This document shows positions 23,121 through 34,515 of a stretch of 64,000 nt of DNA, in pieces. The stretch comes from Callorhinchus milii (lineage: Eukaryota). Under the pieces are notes generated by a model, which saw nothing but the letters and a program-made list of their open reading frames with translations, had not been told where the DNA came from and searched no databases. The stretch covers positions 38,070,001-38,134,000 of the forward strand of contig NW_024704743.1 in assembly GCF_018977255.1 (NCBI RefSeq), read 5' to 3'. Within the stretch, counting starts at the first letter, position 1; each line of letters opens with the position of its first letter. The position numbers and the translations under genes are program-made.

Positions 23121-26100
23121 GTGCATTGGTGTTCATATTAGAAGGATCAAGAAACAGACAATCCAGATTAAGTCTTCGTGAGCAAGATGAAGAATATTTC
23201 ATGACATTTTAATAAATTTAAAAAGAGACAGTTCCCTTTAAGAAATTCCTGTGCTGCTATCATACCCACGTGACACTGCCACTGTTTTGTGTGAGTGTAA
23301 GGTGCAGCTTTCTGCATTCAGTTTTTGTTGTAAGTTAGCAGAAGCCAAGGAATTAGAGACCTCAAAGTATATATTGTGGCAATAATGGAATTTAATGAGC
23401 TAAATCGACAATTTACTTGTAGACACTACTAAGCTTCATTCTGCTATTCCAGCTAACATTCTACCTTTTTGCATGCTGATATTGACGGCTAATAAGAGTG
23501 AGAAGAATTATGGCTCTAAGTAACGTGTCTACCTGTCCAAGTCCTTCAGATGAGTTGTGTACACTGATCAATCAGCGACTGTGTCCTGGACGACTGTAGA
23601 CCTACTTAACTTGGGTATTGGATCATGGTATACACCACAGAAATTTGCCTCAGTACTGCTTGTCCTTTGCCAGACGTGTGGTTACAGAACCAGCTTGACT
23701 CTAATCCTGAGTTCGCACTTGCATATTTTTGCATTGAAATGTCATGCTTGAGTATTTTTGCACTGTATGAATCTGTGAACTCATTTTACAAATGCCTGTG
23801 TATGGTTAGAATGAAATCCTTGGCATCTAGAACTGGTTCAAAGAGTTTGGTGATCACTTAAAAAGTCCAAAGAATTGGCCCTGGCATGTAATATTCATTT
23901 AAGTATATTGTCACATTTGAAATGTGCACTTCGTATGCACCATTGTTAAATTTACTGAGGCTGTATTAAACAATAAAGAGGAAATGTGATTATTGTTGGT
24001 TTCAGTTTGTTTCAAAAATCTTAAGAAAATATGAAGAAATAAGTGTCCAATGTTGTATTTGACAACAGCTACAATAATTGAAGGATTGAAGGATTGATGC
24101 AAATAAAGGATGGTTTTTCATGGTGTCAGTGTGGAAGTCCTCTATTTTCTCTTTATCATGTGATCAAGAGGATGCTTCCCAAACTGCCAGGATGGCCACT
24201 GAATGTGCAACAGCAGCTCAAAATGAATCATCCAACAAACAACCAATTTAAATTTGTATCCTATTTATAGTAAATCTATGTTTATAATTTGTAAAATTAT
24301 ATAAATATAATACTATAATTTAGAGTTTTCCCCGCCCTTTGGAACACCATCCCACACCCCTTTCTCCTCATCTCCTACCTTGTCTCCTTTAAGGTCTGTC
24401 TTGTATTGAATATTATCTCACCATCGTTTAATACATGAAAGGTGTTATACAATTGTGATTTGTTGTTCCATTATGAGAGCAAGGACTGAAAAATGCTTGG
24501 AAAATTGTGTTTACCATCTTGCATTTTGCCAATAAGGATTGCACCGTGTTAGCAAGCCAACATACATACTTGTATTGATTGAAACTTTTTTTTAAATTTG
24601 CAAAGTGTAAAATGTTGTGCCTCTAAAAAGAATATTGCGCATTTTACATTAACCAGTTTAGTAAAATGCTTCTCTGTGTGCTTTCCTTTAATTTTATAGA
24701 TTATAAACACATGTTGTTCGGTGCAGCCTCCAGCTATGCTGCTTTCTTATTCATGGATTATGGCCAAATTAAAAAATAGTTTGGAAGAAGTCAGTAATAC
24801 CTGAAGAATGTTATGTGAGTTGCTGATTCTAAGTCCTTTTTTGGCCAGGAAGAGAAGTTGGGAGAATTCAAATGCTGTACGCACTTTCCATTCTTAAACA
24901 ATCTTGATGCATTTCACACAATAATTATACTAAAAATGAGTCTTTAAAATATACCAAAGAAAATGACTTGCAAAATTAACAGATTATCTGAATCAGGGAC
25001 TTTTTTTGTTAGTTATTTTGGACTATGTGTGTAACAATAAAAGAGGGTTGAGATGGTGTTTAACATTCTCAGTTAAAAATTAAATGTAATATTTCCAATT
25101 TTTATTAAAAATGTGTTTTTGTAAATGTTCTTTTGTTATCGAGCTGTGTGTTATTGTTGTGATGCTGTGTGGTCTAAGAAGGTTTGTCTGTGCTGAGCTG
25201 TCGTGGGGCCTCTGCAAGTCTTTTGATGTAAAGCAAAGAGCTAGCTGTCAATCACCTTGATGTCAGAGACCTGTCGATGGCTATAGGTCTGTCTTTGTGA
25301 AGTTGGTAGCCTGCTGTTGCATAGAAATAGGGCTGCTGAAAGTGGCAAAGCTTTTACTGATCTGATATACAGTGATCACCAGTTCCTTTGTGTACGAATG
25401 CACACCAGTGTTTCGGCATGTATATTTTTAATTGTGGATTTTCCTTGAGCTTGACTGACAGAATGTATATTAATTTGTCAGCCATTTTAACAGATTTAGA
25501 GTTAGCTTGTCACCTTTGTACTGTTTTTAGTTTTGTAATATTAACAAAGCAAGGTTATAATATTATACATGAAGGTTTTTTTTAGTAACATTGAATGATT
25601 TTCCTGTGTGGCAAAGCCAATTCTTTCAGCTGCTCCTTTTATAAAGAAAATATTGAACCAAATTTTAACTTGCTGCCGTTCTTATCAACCCCCTGAGAGA
25701 TTCAGAGAATTGATGTGTAACTCAAAATGGTGGCAGGATCTTTCAACCACCTCTATTCCTTCTCTGGTAAAATGACAGAAATGCAGCTATCTGATTGAAA
25801 TGCAGATTTCAAAGAACGGCAATTCCCTGGACTGAGGGAATTGTTTGTGATTGATGGATTTTCAGTATAATCAGATTGTGGATGCTAACGTAATGTAAAG
25901 TACATTCATTAGATTTCATAGGACGCAGCATAGTATGTACTTCAGACAGGAGTGTATTTCACATTTTTAGACATACATTAGCAATTGAAGCTTTAATTAT
26001 TGATCACTGCCTTACAGTTATGAAAGGAAACTTGTTCAAAATGACTGGGCAGGCAGATAATAATGAATGGCTGCTTCTTCCCTCCGCCCCAGCTATTTAA

Positions 26101-27844
26101 GATATTTGGCAGGGGTTGATCGCAGTGTGTGCCAGAATATTCCTAATATATACTACGCGGCCTTATTGTTAATATCACTTGATTTTCACAATTTTGGATT
26201 TTCTATAATCCATATCGGAATGATCTTGCAGGCTAAGACTAGGTGGGACTTCAAGCCTTTTGTCTCTTGTGCTGCTTTTATCATCTTCTGCTGGGGTCAT
26301 TGATAAAGCACTCTTAGGTAGATAAAGAGAAAGGGACACTTTGTAAGCATACGAACTCTTAAGGGGAACTTTTTTTTGGGGAGAGCCATAATTAGTTGCG
26401 AGACCCCAGTGGCACTGAGGGTGGTTGAAATGTACAGAATCTAGAAGATTGAGTTATTTGTAAAAGCTGCAATCTGGAACCATGAGTTTGATCTGAGATT
26501 AACTGGGAGTACTGGATCCAGGCTCCCTGTATTTCAGAGAGATCTTAATTTTTTATTTTGGTGTTAGTACTCGGTAAAAGGTAAATATATTTTACTGAAT
26601 TCTGTAAGAGTACAAGATTTTAACTTTAACTCCTAGGTTAAAATATGTCCTGTTTGGTTAGTTAACATTACTTCAAATAAAATACTATTACATGTTTTTA
26701 TACGCTGTTGGCGGTGCTCGTCTGCTGGGCGGGAATGGTATTTTGGTTAACCTCGGACGCCTCTTAAGCTGGACAAAGCACCTGTCCCTGATGTGTCCGG
26801 CTTAACATGCTTCCATTGTATTCTAGTTCCTGTTGTTTAAAATTATTTACAACGGCTTTAATTTTCATGTTCAATCAGAACCTGCTTAAATCCTTTCTAC
26901 CAGTAAAACATTTTTGCAGCAGTGTGACCGTGGATCTGGTGCAGTCCTGGAATCCAGCATCACCCTGTGGGCTTGGTGAATGTCTTCTGCTTGGGCTTCA
27001 TTTTCCTTTGTAAATTGAACTGTGCAAAGTCAAAATTCACTCAGTTATGAACTTATCTGAAACCTGTTCCCAATACATTCATAATTCTAGTTTCCTCCGT
27101 CGTTTATAACTACTTTTCTATCTCTTGGCTTGTCCCTTGGGGACAGAATCGTTGCTTACTTGGCTCAGTGTTGCTGGACTTGGCCTATTTATGTCTGCCT
27201 ATAGGTAGCAAACCAGATTAGAATGATTAGTAATACTGAAGGTTATTCCAACCTGTTTGGCCATGAAGGTGTTGCACGGCGCACCCTCATTCATGCCTGT
27301 CGCAGCAAACCCTGAGTTGTCGGTTTGGGAGTTGCAGAGGTTTGTAACTTCCCTGGCTTCTCATTTTCCTTAGCACTGTATTTATTTTCTTGTCAAATCA
27401 GCATTCTGCCTTGGAGTAGCCGTTATGGGGAACATATTAAGAATAATTTGTTTGGTAATATTAAATAAAAATAGCCGAGGCCTCCCACATAGATAAATAG
27501 CTTCTACCTTTATTTATGTACATCTGGATAGAACAAAAATCTGCTTTCACACCTGCCAAGGCCTGGTCTGTGTCATTGTTTACAATGTTAAACAGTGATA
27601 AACTACACAGGATTTGCTATACTAAATTTTCCAATACATTCCTAAATTGTAAAATCACAATCCCAGTCTTCACAGATTTTATTGCTCAATGCCAGACAGA
27701 CGTCAACTGTGGAAGTTCAGCAAGCCTTTGGTTCTAAAAATTCCAATCTTCTGAATGCTTTCTCTCTTTTTTTTTAAATCAATAGAGTCACAAAGAGCAG
27801 CGAAGCAGGACATGTTGCTATATGCCATGCCCATGTGATAGATC

Positions 27845-27862
27845 GTGTGTGTGTGTGTGTGT
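27845..27862. repeat. (GT)n microsatellite
   Basis: gtgtgtgtgtgtgtgtgt. Confidence 0.85.
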
Positions 27863-28080
27863 CCACTCCTAAATTTTTAATAAATTATCACCATTAGTAC
27901 TTTGTCTAGAACCTTTTAGATATGGTGAATCCAAGGAATTTTCTTAACTATTTATGTTCCAGTCGTCTGTCTTATGTTACTGTATATTTGATTGTCCTTC
28001 CTTTACTAAAATACAGTAAATGCTATATTTACAGTGCTTTTAAAAACTGCTTGAACAATATTTAACACTTTTTCCTACAG

Positions 28081-28169
28081 GAGCACAATTTGTTTCAATG
28101 GTTTCTGCATTCCAGCCAAGTCCAGCAAATGGACCTGGATCCAAGACTCGGCCTCACTCACTCATTTTA
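28081..28169 (+). CDS. Candidate internal coding exon (89 nt) of an unidentified gene; preferred reading (G)AQFVSMVSAFQPSPANGPGSKTRPHSLIL
   Basis: Branch-like tttaac plus acceptor ctttttcctacag| and donor TTA|gtgagt. No stop triplet in any frame. More GC-rich than its flanks. Protein not recognised. Confidence 0.6.
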
Positions 28170-28559
28170 GTGAGTGGGGACATGTTTTTCTGAGGTTGGA
28201 AGCTTCAGCTGCACAGATGTTTCCATATGTGGCACTGGGAGCCAGGCATGACAACAGGCCATACAAGTTTGTAAAGTGTTGTGCCAATTTTGTTCATGTG
28301 CTCACTGAAGTGTGCTACATTGTTTTCGTACCGGATGGAAGACAACTTCCATGGAAGGATTTGAAATCGGCTTGTGGAGCAGATGCTTTGCAGATTTCTA
28401 ATCAGATGAGATGGTGCCTAATTTTGCACCCAAAGTATAGCTTTATAGCAGGTTTGTCCTGTATAATTACACTGAAAAATGTGAATTCCCTATCTTGATT
28501 TATCTTGATGGTGAAATTCTGCTGTACTGTAAGAGGTTTTACCTCTGGGTCAGCATGTT

Positions 28560-28910
28560 TGCGGCCAAGCCCCATGTCAGGACTTAGTTTAAACTAAAAC
28601 TCCACTACTAGGGACTGGGAACCACTGCAATGTATGAAGTGCCATCCTTTGGATGAGATGTTAAACTGAGGTCCTGTTTGTTCTTCATATCTTTGACATT
28701 AAAGATCTTGTGGCACCTTTCCAAAAGAGAAGGGCATTTCTCCCTATGTTCTGGTCAACAGTCCTCCAGATAAATTGGTCATTCACCTCACGGCTGATAG
28801 TTGGATCTTGCTGGTACTATTGTGTTTGTCAACACAAACAGTTTACCACACTTGACAGCAATTAGTTATGAAGCACTTTGCGATGTTTCAACATGATAAG
28901 GTGCGACAAA
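28560..28910 (+). mobile_element. Old Deu-domain SINE (SacSINE1/AmnSINE1-like)
   Basis: gtgccatcctttggatgagatgttaaactgaggtcctg ... aaagatcttgtggcac ... aagcactttgcgatgt ... gataaggtgc. Confidence 0.8.
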
Positions 28911-29549
28911 ATATAACTGCTATAAATTTTCTCTTAATCTTCTTACTGACTCCTGCTTCCATTTATATTACTTGCGTTGAAGAACGAAGTTGATTTCGAA
29001 TAATATTCCAGGCAAGCTGAGGCCTCTGGATAAATGGTGTTTTGGGAAACATCTCACACTTATTTTTCTAATCTTTTTCAACTAACCTGTAACAGACACA
29101 GTAACTGTTTCAGTAACGCAGTCATCAGGTGATTTGAAATCTGCCACGTTTCACCCATTGCAAAATTTCTATAGGTTTTTCAGATAGGGTGCTTTTTAAA
29201 ACAGATGCTCGACTACAGCTGAACAGTGAGCTTTATGCTGTCCCCGCACAGTGGTTGTCCTGATATACACATGTAGTGTTAGCCAGTTAGCAGATGTCAA
29301 TGGGATTACTCTTGATTTTACTAATTGGCATTCATACTGTCGGTGATATTTTTGCAGTTGGACCTCTGCATTTCAGGATTCGATTTGTTTTAATCTATGC
29401 AACGTTTACATTGCAGGCTCTTATGATTGCACAATTTCTCTATTTATGTGTAAGAACAATGTACTTATAATCTTTCCAGTTTGCTTTGTAAATGTTGCAA
29501 TGTGGTTTTGAAAAAAGCACCCCTTTGAAACCCATGTTAAAACTTTACA

Positions 29550-29805
29550 GTGATTTCAATGGCAAGCTATGCGGTTTTAGCTGGTTAAGACTCCCAGCAG
29601 TATCCCAACGCACACACTGGGGTCTCCAAGCCAACCTGCGTCAAATACTTCCCGGAATTAGGTAAGCAGGATCCGATCCTCCAGGGACAGTGAGCATTCC
29701 ATTCCAATAATCTATCTCTGGGATTTCCAAGTGTCTGTGGGATGCATGGAATTCTCAGTTTGGTTTGGATACTCTTATGCACGGTGATAGGTTTCTGCAT
29801 GCAGC
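29550..29805 (-). repeat. Copy of the unclassified interspersed repeat family
   Basis: Reverse complement matches 17995-18245; the spurious ORFs at 29585 and 17996 share LLEWNAH and GYCW for this reason. Confidence 0.85.
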
Positions 29806-31444
29806 TAGAGGTCGTGTAAATGCTCCACAGAGATAGTAATCCTTTTTTTTAAAAAAAATTGATTCTTCGAGGAGGCATTCAGTTCACATTGTGCTTGGTA
29901 ATACCTTGTCTTTGTGTTAAATGTGCTGTGGCTTTGTTATTCAAAGAGTTTGTGAATGCAAATTATGTAATTCAGTCTTCCTTTAATTTGGATTCATTTT
30001 ATTTGCAGAAAGTAGGTTTTGCAACCGACAGTAATTGCCAATAACAAACTGAACTGATTTTTTAGGTCTGAAACGTTCTGTTCAATTAGTATCCTGCTGA
30101 CTACCAGATTCTCACTGATTCCTTCTCTAGCGGGTGTGTGGGCATGCGTGGGTATTGTCTGGAGTTTGGTGGATAATATGAGTTATATTCTTATTTTGGT
30201 AGCTTTGGTAGTTGGGGTTCTCTTTTCAACTTGACATTTTCCCTTGTGTTGATCAAACACTTTTATTAATGAAGGCACAACTTTATGAGTAATACCTTGT
30301 GTCCTGCATTGAGTCCTTCCAACCACTACCACTACAGTCTTATGATTAGTTTCTCCTCATGCAGGTTATTCACTGCCGCACAAACCAATTCAATAACCTC
30401 TTGAGTGCCTTCAATCTCATTAGCTTGACCTTGTGCACTTTGAGTAAGTGAGGATAGACATTAACTGTCCATTTTCAGCAAATCGTATGAATAAGGAAGT
30501 TTTGCCTGTGGCCATCCACTCCTGGACACCAAGCCATCGATGTGCTGAATAAATCTCTTGAAGCAACCGAGTTGTATGGCTGCCAACCTTTAGCAGATTT
30601 GGGAATCAAAAACTCAATTGCTTGAGTCGTCAGCTGCCTCTTAAACACAACTTCACACGGCTAGCAGTTTAGACTTGACACTTTGCAGTAGAAATATTGT
30701 TAGGAGGTCAGTAGAAAAAGATATTCTTTAGGAAGCTTTCATAAGTTCTGTTCTATTTGCAAAAATTATTGCCAAAAATGTACTTCTCTGTTAGAAATAG
30801 ATTCACCATTGATACTTTGCTTGAATTAGCTTTGTCTTTCTGTTTAAAAGAAACTTCAAATACTGCAGGCAATAAATAGTTTGGCTGAATCAGCTGGAAA
30901 GGATCCAAGAATAATGTTGAATGAAAGATGTTGTTGGAATGAGTCGTTTTATTAAATATACAAAAATGCATTAGACCAAATTGATTTTCTGAAACAGTGA
31001 CTGAGAGACAGACACCCCAGCTTCAGAGAAGAGGGGAATCTCAGTGCAGTTAAGCGCCTTTTGAATTGAGCAATGTACAGCTTTGCAGATGCACCTTGAC
31101 ACATGCAAAGGGATTTGCTCACTAGCAACTGTCAGTAAAAGAAATTATAATTGGAAAACAGCTGACTGTGATATCTAATGTGCAAAGATACTGTAAATAT
31201 CGAACCCTCCAAGTAATTGAATGCATCTCACATTGACCTACTGAAACTCTACTTGAATTTCATTGCCAACTTCTGTGAAGTTGGATCGTAGTCAAAGGAG
31301 TACCCCAACAGGAGATTGGCATTTGATTGTAGTTCAGAAAGGTTGGCCTGAGACACATCTGGGTGCTTGTAGGATTCTTTGTTTGTCAGTCCTTTTTTAA
31401 AAAATATCCCCTCGTATTCAACTTTTATCTTAATGTTTTAACAT

Positions 31445-31764
31445 TAATAATAATAATCCTTGCATTTGATATAGCGCTTTTCACGTCGGGAGGACGTCCT
31501 AAAGCACTTCACAGAACACACTATAAAGTGAATTGACTGTATATTTGTGGGCGAACGCGGCAGCCAAACTGCGCACAGCAATGTCCCACAAACAGTCGTA
31601 GATTGAAAATGACCAATTTATTATTGTTTTTGGTTTTGGAGGGATTATTATTAGGCGTGTGGAGTAAAGAAACTTGCCCAAGGTTTCGCCCTGACCTGCC
31701 TGGAATTGAACTTAGGTCTCTCACTTGCAAAGCGAGTGCTCTAACCACTGAGCTACAGGACTCC
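31445..31764 (-). mobile_element. tRNA-Ala-like SINE, short young subtype, full length
   Basis: Nearly identical to 9551-9873 (A box, B box, L2-type tail). Confidence 0.95.
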
Positions 31765-32649
31765 ACAAAGTCCATTAAACTTTGAAAGAGATTCAGAGAA
31801 CCTCCTAATATGTTTGTATTTATCTCCCATATCCATTTCAACAAGGGGAAGCCAATATGGTATTACTGTTTAACTGGTTAACATGGGGAGATTCACAATA
31901 CGATTTAGAAATATGATGTTTGGATGCTGATTTCCTCCTGCGAGTGCAGAGCTTCCTTTGGCCATGATCAGACTTTATGAGTGTTGGAAATGAAGCTGGC
32001 GTCCGAGCTGCGTATCAGCAGGTCTTTGTGAGGCTCATTGGGTACATGCAGGATTTGATATTTCCAAATCCCCGCTCCCAAGGAGTCAGGAAGTGCAGTA
32101 TGGTTGTCTCAGTTGACCCCCTGTCATTCCCTAGTCACTGTTGAGGCAGCTTTTGATCCCTTCAAGTAGTATAAGCAAATAGGTTGACTAACTACTAATG
32201 ATGTAAGTGTCCTGAAGTCTTCCTCTCATGGATTTCTCGGACCACAAAAGAGTGCTGGCGGTTTTCAGAGTGACATTGCTGTATTGGATCTTTGGTTTAT
32301 CTCCATTTCAAACACACTGCTTCGTAATGCAACACCAACGCTTGATCTCTAAGGGAAGTTTGTGAGTTATTGCTGTAGCAGATGCTATACTTGCAGATTT
32401 GTGGAATGATCCATGTGGTTTTGGTATTTTTACCTTCGTTTTGGTTTCAACTAGTGATTTGTAGCAATAGTCGTGATCCATGAGGTAATGCCATTGTGCC
32501 AATAATACAGTTTATTGTGCCAGCACAGGTTGTTTGAGATCATTTAGTGTCAGATATATGGAGGGAAAATCAAAGGATGATGTGCAACACTAAATTAAAC
32601 TTCAAAGCTAATAGTAAACAATGGAAATGTCTTAGTGTTTTAGCTATGC

Positions 32650-32850
32650 TGAGGCTCAGTGAAGTCACTACTTAGTGTAACTGAATCCAGGTAGATCAGA
32701 GAAGGTCTTGGGTTTGATCTCTTGTTGGTGCTCGATTGACTGTTCTCAGCCAAAATGGTGGTAGCAGGCTGTAGAATAAGCTTCAGTCCTCCCTGGTTAT
32801 AGAGCTGGAGTATCAGTCAGGCTAGGTACCGTCTTACTCGTATACAGAAA
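32650..32850 (+). mobile_element. 5' part of an ancient SINE-like family
   Basis: gctcagtg ... aaggtcttgggtttgatctc (B-box-like) ... ttctcagcca ... cttcagtcctccctgg; related to 37945 and 63090. Confidence 0.5.
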
Positions 32851-33412
32851 AAGTTGGGAGTCCTTGAGAGCTATCCAGACGGAAAATGTTATTTCATAAA
32901 AAGATTGAAAATCAAAGCATGAAATGTGTGTTGTGCTGTTTCTGTGCAAGAGAACTGATAGAATCAAGATATTTACAGCACAGACCATTGAATATGCACT
33001 GGCTCTCAAAGCAAGCTGTGCTTTCAATCCCACTGGCCTGCCTTATCACCCTAAGGCATGTTTTAATCTTCTATGGAGTGGTGTTGGAAAAGGGAGGAAA
33101 CAAGCCAGAGTTCTCACTCCTGATCGCTTTCTGCTAGAAAATTATCAGGTGTGGAAGTTGAATGAAACCCCACAATTAGCCAGGTGATACTTGCTGTCTG
33201 AGTTGTCACAAGCAAGATGTGTGGTGAGGTGGGGAAAACGAAAAACCACCTTCTTCAGGATAGCTGTTTCTCTGTTTAACTCTTATGCTTTGAAGTGTTA
33301 ACTCAGGAGGAATGGTAAACGCTTTCCATTTGTGAAGAGAATGAAATATTCCTGTTTTTTACAAGCACTCACTAACTGATCAATTTATCTTCCTTTGGTT
33401 AGAGATTCAAAA

Positions 33413-33665
33413 AATAATAATTTTTGTGGACATTTGTATAGCGCCTTTCACAACAGGAGGACGTCCCAAGGCGCTGGACAGTCAATGTTTCGGACCCAAG
33501 CTGGGGGTCAGGATCGGGGAGGGTGGAAGGCAGGGAGGGTGGAAGGAGGATGACCGAAGGCATGGTTGAAGAGGAGGGTCTTGAGATGGGTCTTGAAGGA
33601 AGCAAGGGAGGGGGCGAGGCAGAGGGACTGTAGGATGGAATTTCAGAGGGTGGGGGCAGAGTGGC
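33413..33665 (-). mobile_element. L2 LINE 3' fragment
   Basis: Tail gcgcctttcacacaacaggaggacgtcccaaggcgctggaca; gaagaggagggtcttgag...cttgaagg is the reverse of FK..LKTLLF. Confidence 0.9.
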
Positions 33666-34084
33666 AGAAGATGTGGAACAGTATTGTATGTTGAAGACAG
33701 ATATTCATGCAGATGTTGCTTGAAAGTTGCAATGATACCAATTTTTTTATAATACGTTAATTACTTTGTTTTAGCTATAAAATAATGGTTAAAAATTTGT
33801 ATCAGTTTCAGGTGATTTGGGAAAGATTTGACTTATTTCAGAATTCAGTTGTATTAAATGGAGTGTTGTGGATTGGTAATTCAGATTGGTAATTCAGAGG
33901 TCTGCACTATGAAGAGTTTCCAGTTTGTGCCAAGTGGAGCCTAGGTTTTTCTTCATGAAGAAGTGAGATTGAAGTGCAGTCAATCTGGGCGACGCTAACG
34001 CTGTTTATATGGAATATTACACTGCATACAAGTTGTTTAAACCACGGTTCACCAGTGCAATGTGAAAGTGATTCAGTAATGATC

Positions 34085-34515
34085 CTTAATCTTTATACTT
34101 GATATATCAAATGCAAGGATTATTATTATTATAGTGCTTTTAACATTGAGAAGACATCACAAAGCACTTGGCAGAATTTTAATGTAAAATGCAGTGACAA
34201 TGTATTTTGTAGGGAAAATGGTGTATCAAATTGCACAAAGAAATGTCCCACGAACAGCCATAAAGTGAATGATTATCTTATCACCGGGAGAAACTTCCTT
34301 CTATTTTTGCAAGGTGTTATGCTTTACAATCCACCTAAATTGCAGACTTGACCTTGGTTTAATATCTCATTTGAAGGATGACATCTCAAATGATGCAGCA
34401 CACTCTCAGCACTGTATTGGAGGGTCAGCCTAGACTATGTAAGTTCAAAGACTTGATGTGCGGACAACCTTTGCTTTTGACTCAGTCGAGAGTGCTATCC
34501 ACTGAGACAGGCTGA
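34085..34515 (-). mobile_element. Old Deu-domain SINE, near full length
   Basis: Tail at about 34090-34160, Deu core ttggtttaatatctcatttgaaggatgacatc, head gagagtgctatccactgag. Confidence 0.75.

Noticed and set aside
24700..24814. AG/GT-bounded 115-nt segment
   Set aside because: Stops in all three frames and intron-like composition; could only be non-coding or poison, with no supporting evidence.
27238..27356. hAT-like ends (ttccaacctg ... aacttccctg)
   Set aside because: TIR match is weak and there is no TSD.
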